A DNA stretch of 64,000 bases from positions 1-64,000 of the IMG/VR virus record IMGVR_UViG_3300020727_000009. One strand, 5' to 3'. A program made the position numbers and the translations under genes. The notes below the pieces were generated by a model. It did no database searches, was not told the DNA's origin, and saw only the letters and a list, made by a program, of their open reading frames with translations. This DNA comes from an uncultured virus (IMG/VR IMGVR_UViG_3300020727_000009) (taxonomy: Duplodnaviria; Heunggongvirae; Uroviricota; Caudoviricetes). Below are positions 9,187-18,055 of this stretch, in pieces (within the stretch, counting starts at the first letter, position 1; each line of letters begins with the position of its first letter).

Positions 9187-9539
9187 GCCCTACAGTATGG
9201 ACCCCAAACAACTTAGCGCCGTTTCCTACGGTAATCTACCAATGTAGCAATTCGGACACCTGTACATGCGGGAACTGTAATGCCGCTATATCCATTACAG
9301 AGAACCCACCAATTACTCTAACTAACTTAGATAACCCAGTACAGGCTGTAGCCTATTCCTATACACAAAACAGCCCCTCAGCTATCTGGACAATCACCCA
9401 CAATTTAAACTTTTATCCGAACATAACTGTTGTAGACTCTGGGGGTAGTCAAGTAGAAGGTGAAGTTAGCTACCTAAACCCCAGTAGTCTTGTGCTAACA
9501 TTTACTTCAGCTTTTAGTGGACACGCTTACCTATCATAA
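9183..9539 (+). CDS. Small virion protein (WTITHNL...PNITVVD domain)
   Basis: Domain similar to the C-terminus of 9551..11308 (YTVTHNLATTDVQVTL). Confidence 0.7.
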   Translation: MSPTVWTPNNLAPFPTVIYQCSNSDTCTCGNCNAAISITENPPITLTNLDNPVQAVAYSYTQNSPSAIWTITHNLNFYPNITVVDSGGSQVEGEVSYLNPSSLVLTFTSAFSGHAYLS

Positions 9540-9550
9540 GGAGATAGTAA

Positions 9551-11308
9551 ATGGCACGTAAGTTTTTAACCCCAATTGATTTAGGCAAGCTTGAGCTTCA
9601 AAATGCTCGAATTCAAAACCTTGCAACGGCACCTTCATCTCCAGTAGTAGGTCAGATCTACTACGACACTGCTCTTAACGGTTTGTATATCTGGAATGGT
9701 ACTGCTTGGGGTTCTGCTGACGGAATTAGCGCAGGTGCACTTGCTTCTCGTCCAGTTGCGACTGCCGTAGCATCAGGTACTTTTTATTATGCTACTGATA
9801 ACTTCTTAGTTTACTACTCTAACGGAACCACTTGGCAGCAGACCAACGCTTTTGGTTCCGGAGCTAGCACTACTTTAACAATTGCTGGAACAGCCGCAGA
9901 CGGAACATCTACCAACTTTGCTCGTGCAGATCATACCCACGCAGGTCCTGGTTTTGGTGCGGTAACAGCTGCTACATCTTATGGACTTGGATCTTCAAAT
10001 GGTTCAGCTACAACCGTAGCCCACTCAGACCACACCCACGGTACGCCTTCACTTACATCTGTAACACCGTCTACAATTACAGCAGCTTCTGCTGGAGTAG
10101 GTACTGGTACTGCTCCTGCTCGTGAAGATCACGTTCACGCATTTACTCCTTCTAACTTTACACTTGATACTTTTGGCGCTCCAGCAGCAGATGTTTCTCT
10201 AAACAACCATAAGATCACAAACCTTGCCACACCAACTGCAGGAACTGATGCAGCTAACAAAGCATACGTTGACGCAACTGCAAGCTCACTTAACGTACAC
10301 GGTTCTGTATCTGTAGCAACCGCAACAACTCTTGCAGCTACATATTCTGCTGGTACATCAGGTGCTGATGGCGGTACTGGCGTAGGCGCAACAATTACCT
10401 TCTCTTCAACAGGAACAACAGTTGTTGATTCTTACACACTTGCATCTGGCGACCGTATTCTTGTTAAGAACGGTGTTACTGCAGACGCAGGAACATCTAG
10501 CGAGGCAAACGGTATCTACTTAGTAACAACTGCTGGAACTTCCGGTGTTGCAACCGTCTTGACTCGTGCAACCGATTATGATAACTACGTTGCTGGTCAA
10601 GTAGTTGCTGGAGACTTCGTCTTTGTTGGTTCGGGTGGACAGGCTAACACAGGTTGGGTACAGTCTAACCTTGGATCTTCATCTACTCCACATGATGGAA
10701 TTAAGATTGGCACCGATGCGATCACCTTCACCCAGTTCTCTGGTGCTGGAACTTACCTAGCTGGTAACGGACTTAACCTTACTGGAGAAACCTTCTCATT
10801 CACCCCAACCTCAACTGGCGGTTTGGCAGCAGATTCTGGCGGAGCATCTATCCTCTTGCCTTCAGCATCAGGTTTGACAACTACCTCTTCAGGTCTTGCT
10901 CTTAACCCAACTACCTCCGGTGGTTTGACAACCAACTCATTTGGTGCCTTGATCTTGCTCAACAGCACCTCTGGTTTGGCTACAACAACCAGCGGTTTGG
11001 CAGTAACTCCAGGTCTTGGTATCACCATCTCTGGCCAGGGTGCTGCTGGAGCAGCAACCACTAACCAGGTAGCTATCAACACCGACGTAGTAGTACGCAA
11101 GTACGCTACCTCAATCGGTGATGGCGCATCGCTTTCTTACACAGTAACCCACAACTTGGCTACCACGGATGTTCAGGTTACCTTATACGACAATTCAACT
11201 AACGTTGAGTACTTTGCAGACGTTACACACTCTACTACAAATACTGTTACAGTTGCCTTCTCAACAGCACCTACAACAAACCAAATACGTGTAGTAGTCT
11301 TCGGATAA
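9551..11308 (+). CDS. Fibre-like virion protein
   Basis: Thr/Gly/Ala-rich; DHxH repeats, KITNLATPT..DAANKAYVD stalk motif, GDRILVKN...NGIY domain. Confidence 0.8.
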   Translation: MARKFLTPIDLGKLELQNARIQNLATAPSSPVVGQIYYDTALNGLYIWNGTAWGSADGISAGALASRPVATAVASGTFYYATDNFLVYYSNGTTWQQTNAFGSGASTTLTIAGTAADGTSTNFARADHTHAGPGFGAVTAATSYGLGSSNGSATTVAHSDHTHGTPSLTSVTPSTITAASAGVGTGTAPAREDHVHAFTPSNFTLDTFGAPAADVSLNNHKITNLATPTAGTDAANKAYVDATASSLNVHGSVSVATATTLAATYSAGTSGADGGTGVGATITFSSTGTTVVDSYTLASGDRILVKNGVTADAGTSSEANGIYLVTTAGTSGVATVLTRATDYDNYVAGQVVAGDFVFVGSGGQANTGWVQSNLGSSSTPHDGIKIGTDAITFTQFSGAGTYLAGNGLNLTGETFSFTPTSTGGLAADSGGASILLPSASGLTTTSSGLALNPTTSGGLTTNSFGALILLNSTSGLATTTSGLAVTPGLGITISGQGAAGAATTNQVAINTDVVVRKYATSIGDGASLSYTVTHNLATTDVQVTLYDNSTNVEYFADVTHSTTNTVTVAFSTAPTTNQIRVVVFG

Positions 11309-11320
11309 GAGGTCCTTTAA

Positions 11321-13624
11321 GTGACAAGGGCTTTCTTATCCTCGGCTAACGTAGCAGGTACGCTTGTCATTAATACGACAGGTATTAGTCAGGCTTTACA
11401 GCTAGTAGGTTATGCAAATCGTGGTGGTACCGGGTATCATGATTTTCTCATCGTTACTAACACCTACTCGGGTGCCACCAACCCTAGCAAAAACTTTCGT
11501 GTTAACAGCACAGGTGATCTTCAGATCATCAACGATGCCTATAGCGCAAACATCTTCAACCTTACGGATGCCGGTGTTTTAAGCGTACCTAAAATCTCTG
11601 CTGGAGGAACAACCGGTACGTCAGGTCAAGTACTTCAATCTACAGGTTCTGGGTTACAGTGGGCCTCTGTTGGCGGTAGCGGAACAGTAACCTCTATCAC
11701 TGCAGGTACTGGTCTTACTGGAGGAACAATAACCTCTTCCGGAACATTGGCTATTGATACTACTGTTGTTCCACGGCTCGGTGTAGACAATACTTTTACA
11801 GGAAATCTTACAGCTCCAAAATTTATAACTTCTGGCGGCACATCAAGTCAGTTTGTTAAGGGTGATGGAACCCTAGATTCAAGCACATATTTAACTACAG
11901 GAACAGCGGCATCTACTTACTCCCCTATTGCTGGATCCTCGTCACTGACCACTACCGGAACCATCACTACTGGTACTTGGTCAGGCTTGTTTGGTGCCGT
12001 ATCTGGAGCCAATCTAACCAACCTAACAGCGGGTAATCTTACTGGAACTATTCCCTCAACTGTATTAGGCAACTCTACGCACTATATCGGTACTACATCT
12101 ATTGCCTTAAACCGTGCGTCTGCTTCTCAATCTCTAACCGGTGTTAGCATTGATGGCAATGCAGCTACCGCAACTAAGCTGCAAACTGCTCGTTTGATTA
12201 ACAGCGTTTCGTTTGATGGCTCTGCCGATATTACAATTAAAGCGGTCAATCCAAATGCTCTTACAATAGGCACAGGCCTTAGCGGCTCATCCTATGACGG
12301 TTCTGGTGCTGTAACCGTAGCTATTGACTCTACTGTTGCAACACTAACCGGCGTCCAGACCCTTACAAATAAGACCTTAACTGTACCGGTAATTGATAAC
12401 ATTAACGCAGCATCTGCAACCGGAACTACAGCAACCCTGTTTCCTAACGTAACAACTGGAGCCCTTGCTATCGGTGCCGGTATTACTACAGGTACGGTAA
12501 ACATTGCCGCTGTTGGAACCGGTGCCAACACAATCAATATTGGTAACACTAACAGTACCGTAACCATTAACGGTAACCTTACCGTTACCGGAACAACCGA
12601 AACTATCAACTCTTCTACCCTACTGGTTCAAGATAAGAATATAGAAATTGGCAAGGTTGCTACACCTTCTGATTCCACCGCAAATGGTGGAGGTATGCTT
12701 CTATACGGTACCACTAACAAAACTCTTCAATGGCAGTCTTCAACCAGTTCATGGCTTTCATCTGAGCACTTTGATCTTGCATCCGGTAAAACCTACCATA
12801 TTGCTGGAACCACAGTTCTTACCCCTACACAGGTTCTAGGTCGCACCCCAGGTGGAACGACAGGGGGCGATATTGCCACTATTGACGCCACCCAGACTCT
12901 TACAAATAAGGCAATCTCTGGGTCTTCTAACACCCTTACCAACATTGCTAACTCAAGCCTTACCAACTCATCTATTACGTTGGGTACAACCTCTGTTTCA
13001 TTGGGCGGAACTACCCTAACACTCTCTGGATTAACATCTGTAACTGCAACCTCTCACATAACCAGTGGCGGTACATCTTCACAGTTTGTTAAGGGAGATG
13101 GCTCTCTAGACTCATCTACATACCTAACCACCGGTACTGCTGCCTCTACATACTCACCTATTGCCGGATCTTCTTCTATCACTACTGTAGGCACTATTAC
13201 CTCGGGATCATTCCCTGCAGCAAATATTGCGGCAGGCTCTCTATCTACTGGCGTTGTGCCTACGGCAGCATCTGTTACAAGCGCCGCCTCTGGTCTTGGC
13301 TATACAGGAATGCCTCAAAATTTACAGCCAGCAGTGGGATCAACATATACCTTAATAGCCAGCGATGCTGGAAAGCACATCTACTTTAACGCAAACTGCA
13401 CACTTACCGTTCCAGCAAATGCATCGGTCGCCTTTCCTGTAGGCACGTCTATAGCCTTGGTAGCAGCTTCTAGCGTGACTGTGACGGTTTCTATCACATC
13501 TGATATACTAATGCAAGCAGGAACCGGGGCTACAGGGTCTAGAACCTTAGCACCATACGGAATGGCAACTCTCTTAAAAGTTGCTGCAACTACTTGGATG
13601 ATTAGTGGAAATGGGCTTACGTAA
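11321..13624 (+). CDS. Fibre protein A
   Basis: Thr/Gly/Ser-rich; QTLTNK repeats, GNAATATKLQTARLIN motif, C-terminal TYTL...DAGK...W.ISG domain. Confidence 0.85.
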   Translation: MTRAFLSSANVAGTLVINTTGISQALQLVGYANRGGTGYHDFLIVTNTYSGATNPSKNFRVNSTGDLQIINDAYSANIFNLTDAGVLSVPKISAGGTTGTSGQVLQSTGSGLQWASVGGSGTVTSITAGTGLTGGTITSSGTLAIDTTVVPRLGVDNTFTGNLTAPKFITSGGTSSQFVKGDGTLDSSTYLTTGTAASTYSPIAGSSSLTTTGTITTGTWSGLFGAVSGANLTNLTAGNLTGTIPSTVLGNSTHYIGTTSIALNRASASQSLTGVSIDGNAATATKLQTARLINSVSFDGSADITIKAVNPNALTIGTGLSGSSYDGSGAVTVAIDSTVATLTGVQTLTNKTLTVPVIDNINAASATGTTATLFPNVTTGALAIGAGITTGTVNIAAVGTGANTINIGNTNSTVTINGNLTVTGTTETINSSTLLVQDKNIEIGKVATPSDSTANGGGMLLYGTTNKTLQWQSSTSSWLSSEHFDLASGKTYHIAGTTVLTPTQVLGRTPGGTTGGDIATIDATQTLTNKAISGSSNTLTNIANSSLTNSSITLGTTSVSLGGTTLTLSGLTSVTATSHITSGGTSSQFVKGDGSLDSSTYLTTGTAASTYSPIAGSSSITTVGTITSGSFPAANIAAGSLSTGVVPTAASVTSAASGLGYTGMPQNLQPAVGSTYTLIASDAGKHIYFNANCTLTVPANASVAFPVGTSIALVAASSVTVTVSITSDILMQAGTGATGSRTLAPYGMATLLKVAATTWMISGNGLT

Positions 13625-15327
13625 TGTCTGGTATTTTTCAAGGGTTAATGAACTTTATCCAAACGGCTTTTGCCTCCTTTTCGGATAACTTCAATAGAAC
13701 CACTTCAGGTTCGCTAGGAACATCTAGCTCAGGCGGTGCTTGGAAAGCAGAGCGTGGCGTTTGGAGCGCCAACGGATATTCTGCTACTACTGCCACAGCA
13801 GCATCTTCATACCCACTTGCTGACGTAAACATGACCTCCCAAAGCAATACCTCTTCAATTTCTGTGGGCTCTACCTTTGTATTCTCTGCTTCTGGAACAA
13901 TCTCAACCGTAACCCCAACAACTAGTGGGTATACCGTTGTTGTTACCGGACTTAGCTCCACAGCAGGTCTTGGCGCAGGTCAATGGATCTCAGCTACACC
14001 TGGAACTGGATCTCTTGGAACAGATACTGATATTCAGATTGTTTCGGTAGATAGCTCTAGCCAGATCACTCTTGAGGTTCAGGCCTCTTCAGCCCCAACT
14101 ACAGGTAGCATTACTAACGTGGCCACCCGCAATAACGATGGTGGTGCTGGTGTTGCTATGTGGGTTACTGATTCGGGCAACTGGTGGGGAGTAACTTATG
14201 GTCGCTCAACCAATACTTCCTGTAACTGCTCCACCTGTGCAACCTACTCTTGTGCTGCGTATACCCCATATGTAACCGGAACTTATTGCGGAAACTACGC
14301 CTACTATAGCAGTGCATCATGTACCGGTGGCTACTCTTATGCAACCAACTATGGAGTTGTAAGCTATTCATATGCTGTATCTGGATACGGCTGTACTGGA
14401 GGCTACTCTTATGCAACCAACTATAATTCAAACTACGCATACTACTCCACCTACGCATGTGCTTCTTATACTCCATCATGTGTAGCCTACGCTAACAACT
14501 ATGGATGTAGTGGATACTCTTCCGGATCTTCTTGTAGCTCATACTATTCAGGATCTTGTGCATCCTATGGAACCTCCTACTCCTGTTTAGCCTACGGAAA
14601 CGTTTACTATAAAGGTGGAAGCTACTACATCCGCGCTCCAGATTGCACTAGCTATGCCGTGAGTGGGCACCCATGCGCTAGCTATTCTTCTGGCTGCTTG
14701 TCTTTCAGCACTTATTACAGCTGTTCAAGCTACTCTACTTCAGGCTCCAGCTGCTCAGCTTATGCAGGCTCTACTTGTAGCTCATACGGTGTATCAAGCT
14801 ATGGAACTCACCAGGTATATAGCGTATCAAGCTATTCTGGCCCTAACTGTGGCGGATATGGAGCTAATTCCTACTCTGGACCAAACGCCAACTACGGAAT
14901 TTCAAGCTATTCTGGCCCTAACTGCAACTCTTTTACTAATAACTACTATGGCCCAGTATGTACCGTTTACTACGCCACCTATGCCCCATACTGCTCTTCC
15001 CCTCAATATGGCTATACCTCCTGTAACTGCCAGACCTGTTTCCCTGGATATATTCGCCTTATCCAGTCCTCAAGTAACGTTGTATCTGAGATTACCCGTT
15101 GGAGCCTATCCCAGCTTGCTGCAGCGTTTAAGGTAATTACCAATGCTGTAACTAAGGTTATTACCATCCGCCCATACTCAAATACCGCTTTGACCACCCA
15201 AATAGGTTCCGACCTCACATATACAGCAACAGGTGCTACAATAGCCACTAAGTTTGGAATCGTCCTAGGACCTTCTGATTACGTTCAAGGTAATCAACTA
15301 GACGACTTCAATTCCCAGTCAAACTAA
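13624..15327 (+). CDS. Putative fibre-tip adhesin A with a 273-aa Cys/Tyr/Ser insert
   Basis: Coupled to fibre A (TAATG); scaffold shared with 20832..22100; 26 mirror-spaced Cys. Confidence 0.7.
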   Translation: MSGIFQGLMNFIQTAFASFSDNFNRTTSGSLGTSSSGGAWKAERGVWSANGYSATTATAASSYPLADVNMTSQSNTSSISVGSTFVFSASGTISTVTPTTSGYTVVVTGLSSTAGLGAGQWISATPGTGSLGTDTDIQIVSVDSSSQITLEVQASSAPTTGSITNVATRNNDGGAGVAMWVTDSGNWWGVTYGRSTNTSCNCSTCATYSCAAYTPYVTGTYCGNYAYYSSASCTGGYSYATNYGVVSYSYAVSGYGCTGGYSYATNYNSNYAYYSTYACASYTPSCVAYANNYGCSGYSSGSSCSSYYSGSCASYGTSYSCLAYGNVYYKGGSYYIRAPDCTSYAVSGHPCASYSSGCLSFSTYYSCSSYSTSGSSCSAYAGSTCSSYGVSSYGTHQVYSVSSYSGPNCGGYGANSYSGPNANYGISSYSGPNCNSFTNNYYGPVCTVYYATYAPYCSSPQYGYTSCNCQTCFPGYIRLIQSSSNVVSEITRWSLSQLAAAFKVITNAVTKVITIRPYSNTALTTQIGSDLTYTATGATIATKFGIVLGPSDYVQGNQLDDFNSQSN

Positions 15328-15338
15328 GGAGATAATAC

Positions 15339-15674
15339 ATGGCTGACGATTTGCTACCAGTTCCACCCCTTGTTGTGCCAACACCACCTGAGACATCAGG
15401 TCGTTATAGGGTTGCAATGGTTATTAACGGGGTTGTTCACACTGTTTTTAATCTAGATACCACAGACGCAGCACGCTACCTTTCAAACCCTACATTTATT
15501 CAAATCCCTAAGACACTTTATGTTGACCCAGGATTTTTATACACTGATGGGGCTTTCACACCACCGCCTGCCGTTGATGCTATTCCTGCAAACCCACAAA
15601 ACGCTGCACCAGTAGCGTCTACTCCACAAGAGGTACCTGCAACACCATCGGTAGCTCCAGAACCACAAGCATAG
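15339..15674 (+). CDS. Small protein, paralog family 1 (putative fibre/adhesin chaperone)
   Basis: RVAMVINGVVHTVF...LSNPTFIQI; similar to 16384 and 22800. Confidence 0.7.
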   Translation: MADDLLPVPPLVVPTPPETSGRYRVAMVINGVVHTVFNLDTTDAARYLSNPTFIQIPKTLYVDPGFLYTDGAFTPPPAVDAIPANPQNAAPVASTPQEVPATPSVAPEPQA

Positions 15675-15691
15675 TATTCGGGAGGGCGACT

Positions 15692-16384
15692 ATGAAAGTA
15701 ATACGATTTGTTCCAGAAATTGAAGATAAAGAGCTCATGCTCCTTGAGCCAGAGCCGTGTAAAAAGTACGTACCTCAATGGTATAGAGATGGCGAGTATC
15801 ACTGGGTTGATGAAAACGGGAATAACAATCCGGGCTTAAAGACCTGCAAGCCCTTTATTGATGTGATGATCGGCGGGTATTTTCTCCTTATACCTTTTGA
15901 CATCCACGTCACCCGTGATGAAGACGGAAAAATGAATATAAGGTGGGATGGGCCAGATGCATGGCAAGGCTTTGTTGGTGAACGCCCTAGTGCTATTGGA
16001 GCCACAATCCCTGTGCCTGCCGGTCACAGCAAGAACCATTTGATATGGTCTTCTAAGTGGGGTTGGAAAACACCACGTGGTTGGAGCACTATTGTTACCC
16101 ACCCATTTAACAGAAGCGATCTTCCATTTAGAACTATGTCTGCTACTATTGACAGCGACAAATTCTTTACTAATGGCAACATTCCTTTTCATATAAGGGA
16201 AGGCTGGACAGGTACTATTCCTGCTGGCACACCTTTTGTACAAATCATACCCGTTAAAAGAGCTTCATGGAGATCTTTTGTAGATGTTGGTTTGACTGCT
16301 CTTGGAAGAGTTAAGTCTGTAAACGTACGTGTTGAGCAGTATAAGTATAAAAACGTCGAGTGGGTTAAGAAGGATTACGAGTAA
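15692..16384 (+). CDS. dUTPase-fold-like protein A (DUF6065-like)
   Basis: PQWY, LKTCKPFIDVM.GGY, TPRGWS, ATIDSD and GTPFVQIIP motifs; paralog of 22120. Confidence 0.65.
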   Translation: MKVIRFVPEIEDKELMLLEPEPCKKYVPQWYRDGEYHWVDENGNNNPGLKTCKPFIDVMIGGYFLLIPFDIHVTRDEDGKMNIRWDGPDAWQGFVGERPSAIGATIPVPAGHSKNHLIWSSKWGWKTPRGWSTIVTHPFNRSDLPFRTMSATIDSDKFFTNGNIPFHIREGWTGTIPAGTPFVQIIPVKRASWRSFVDVGLTALGRVKSVNVRVEQYKYKNVEWVKKDYE

Positions 16385-16770
16385 TGGATAAGGTTATTAG
16401 GAACTACGATGTTCCAGAAGTAAGGCCTATGAGTACTAAAGAGTTTGTTAAGTACTTAAAGGGAAAGCGTGCAGCTAAAAAACATGACCACGATCATCAG
16501 CATGCCCCTGCAGAACATGTTCATGGCCCAGAATGTGCGGTAAACGAGCCTCCTGCCGGAGTAGAAGTCGTATCCTTGGCTATCGTTTTAGATGGTATCG
16601 TAGTAGATGTTATGAACGTTCAAAAGGGTTTTAGCGAACTTCTTTTAAAGGGACCATCATTTGTTAAGATTAATGATGGAGACCCACGCCCTCCTGTTGG
16701 ATCTGTCCATAAAGATGGCAAGTTTGAACCATTTGGCATCCACGGAGTTACAAGGCGTGGATCACAATAA
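16384..16770 (+). CDS. Small protein, paralog family 1, with a His-rich linker
   Basis: HDHDHQH...HVH; SLAIVLDGIVVDVM...LKGPSFVKI. Confidence 0.7.
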   Translation: MDKVIRNYDVPEVRPMSTKEFVKYLKGKRAAKKHDHDHQHAPAEHVHGPECAVNEPPAGVEVVSLAIVLDGIVVDVMNVQKGFSELLLKGPSFVKINDGDPRPPVGSVHKDGKFEPFGIHGVTRRGSQ

Positions 16771-17045
16771 TGTCAGATACCCCTAGGGAAGTAAAACCGT
16801 GGGATATGCTGAACAAAAATATGGAGCGTGCTCTCCCAGCTATTGCTGAGAATAGGCTTAAAACCTGCAAAGGTTGTGAGCGCTTCATAAAGCTAACCCA
16901 CCAGTGCCGTGAATGCGGATGCATAATGAATGCTAAAGTTAAGCTTCAAGATGCCAGGTGCCCGCTAAACAAGTGGGTAACTCCAGACCTCCCTTTTGAT
17001 AGGGAACTTACAGAGGATGATTTAACTAAAATAATCGAGGGATAA
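16770..17045 (+). CDS. Cys-rich small protein (DUF6171-like)
   Basis: RLxxCxxC...CxxCGC...CPxxKW pattern. Confidence 0.7.
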   Translation: MSDTPREVKPWDMLNKNMERALPAIAENRLKTCKGCERFIKLTHQCRECGCIMNAKVKLQDARCPLNKWVTPDLPFDRELTEDDLTKIIEG

Positions 17046-17047
17046 CA

Positions 17048-18055
17048 ATGAAGTCTACTAGCACCACTACGCTCAATCATACGTCATATCAAACGTCTTA
17101 CCGCTTTGCTCCAGAGGAAGTAGGTCTGGTTGCAAGCAACAATATCAACATGTTTCAGGTTCACCCAAAGTTTGGAAAGAAAGAGAAGCATGTAAAAGAC
17201 TTCATCTCAGACCAGATGAAGGTATTTGTTTATCTGGGGGGATCTTTCTACCACTTTATGCATGAGGATCTAGGTGAGTTTTTAGCTCAATACGCTTTAA
17301 CTCCAGATGCCCTGTTTATTATTGATATCACTGGGGTTGTAGATAGAGATCCGCTTCCAACCTACATTCAGAACTTCTTTAAGTTCCTTAATAAGAACGG
17401 CGTAGACTATGCGCCGGTAGATCTTAGGGTCATAAATAAGTTCAACATCAATAACCTCTATTTTAGAGACCTGTTAGTAGAGTCGTATGAGGTAAACAAC
17501 CCTTGGCCAAAGATCCACGAAATGTCTAAGCAGTTCATTACCCCGGATGTAAACGTGGCAGATGGTAAGAAAGTCTACCTAACTAGAAAGAATTACAAGG
17601 GCAGGTCCCTTAAAGCTCTGATCAAAGGGCGGCTTCCATATGAGGATGATGACCGCATGGATGATGAAGGCAAGGTAGAGAACTACTTTGCATCTTTAGG
17701 GTTTGATATTGTAGCCCCCGATGAATTTAAGACCTTTGAATCACAGATCAGCTACTTTAGCAAGGCTAAGTTGGTAGCATCAACAACTAGCTCTGGTCTT
17801 GTAAACGCTGCATTTATGCCGCCTGGGTCTGCCGTGCTTGAGCTGACTACTCCGCTTATTTCTTTTACTAGTGTTGGTAACGGTGTTACTGAGCCTGCCT
17901 CTGTAGGCACAGAAGAGATGCACCACTTCTATCACTTAATGGCCGCAAGATTGGGTCACCGCTACGTCTCTATTCCTAATCTAAATAGAAGTTCGGACGA
18001 GGTAATTAATACTATTGAAAACGATCCTTTCTTGAAAGCGTGGTTATCAGCATGA
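17048..18055 (+). CDS. Glycosyltransferase, GT61/DUF563-like
   Basis: KVYLTRK...GFDIV.P...FESQISYFSKAKLV....SGLVNAAFMPPGSAVLEL. Confidence 0.8.
   Translation: MKSTSTTTLNHTSYQTSYRFAPEEVGLVASNNINMFQVHPKFGKKEKHVKDFISDQMKVFVYLGGSFYHFMHEDLGEFLAQYALTPDALFIIDITGVVDRDPLPTYIQNFFKFLNKNGVDYAPVDLRVINKFNINNLYFRDLLVESYEVNNPWPKIHEMSKQFITPDVNVADGKKVYLTRKNYKGRSLKALIKGRLPYEDDDRMDDEGKVENYFASLGFDIVAPDEFKTFESQISYFSKAKLVASTTSSGLVNAAFMPPGSAVLELTTPLISFTSVGNGVTEPASVGTEEMHHFYHLMAARLGHRYVSIPNLNRSSDEVINTIENDPFLKAWLSA

Noticed and set aside
14221..15039. RiPP precursor or sequencing artefact
   Set aside because: The segment is in frame inside a folded scaffold shared with a paralog, synonymous codons vary, and no RiPP maturases are recognisable
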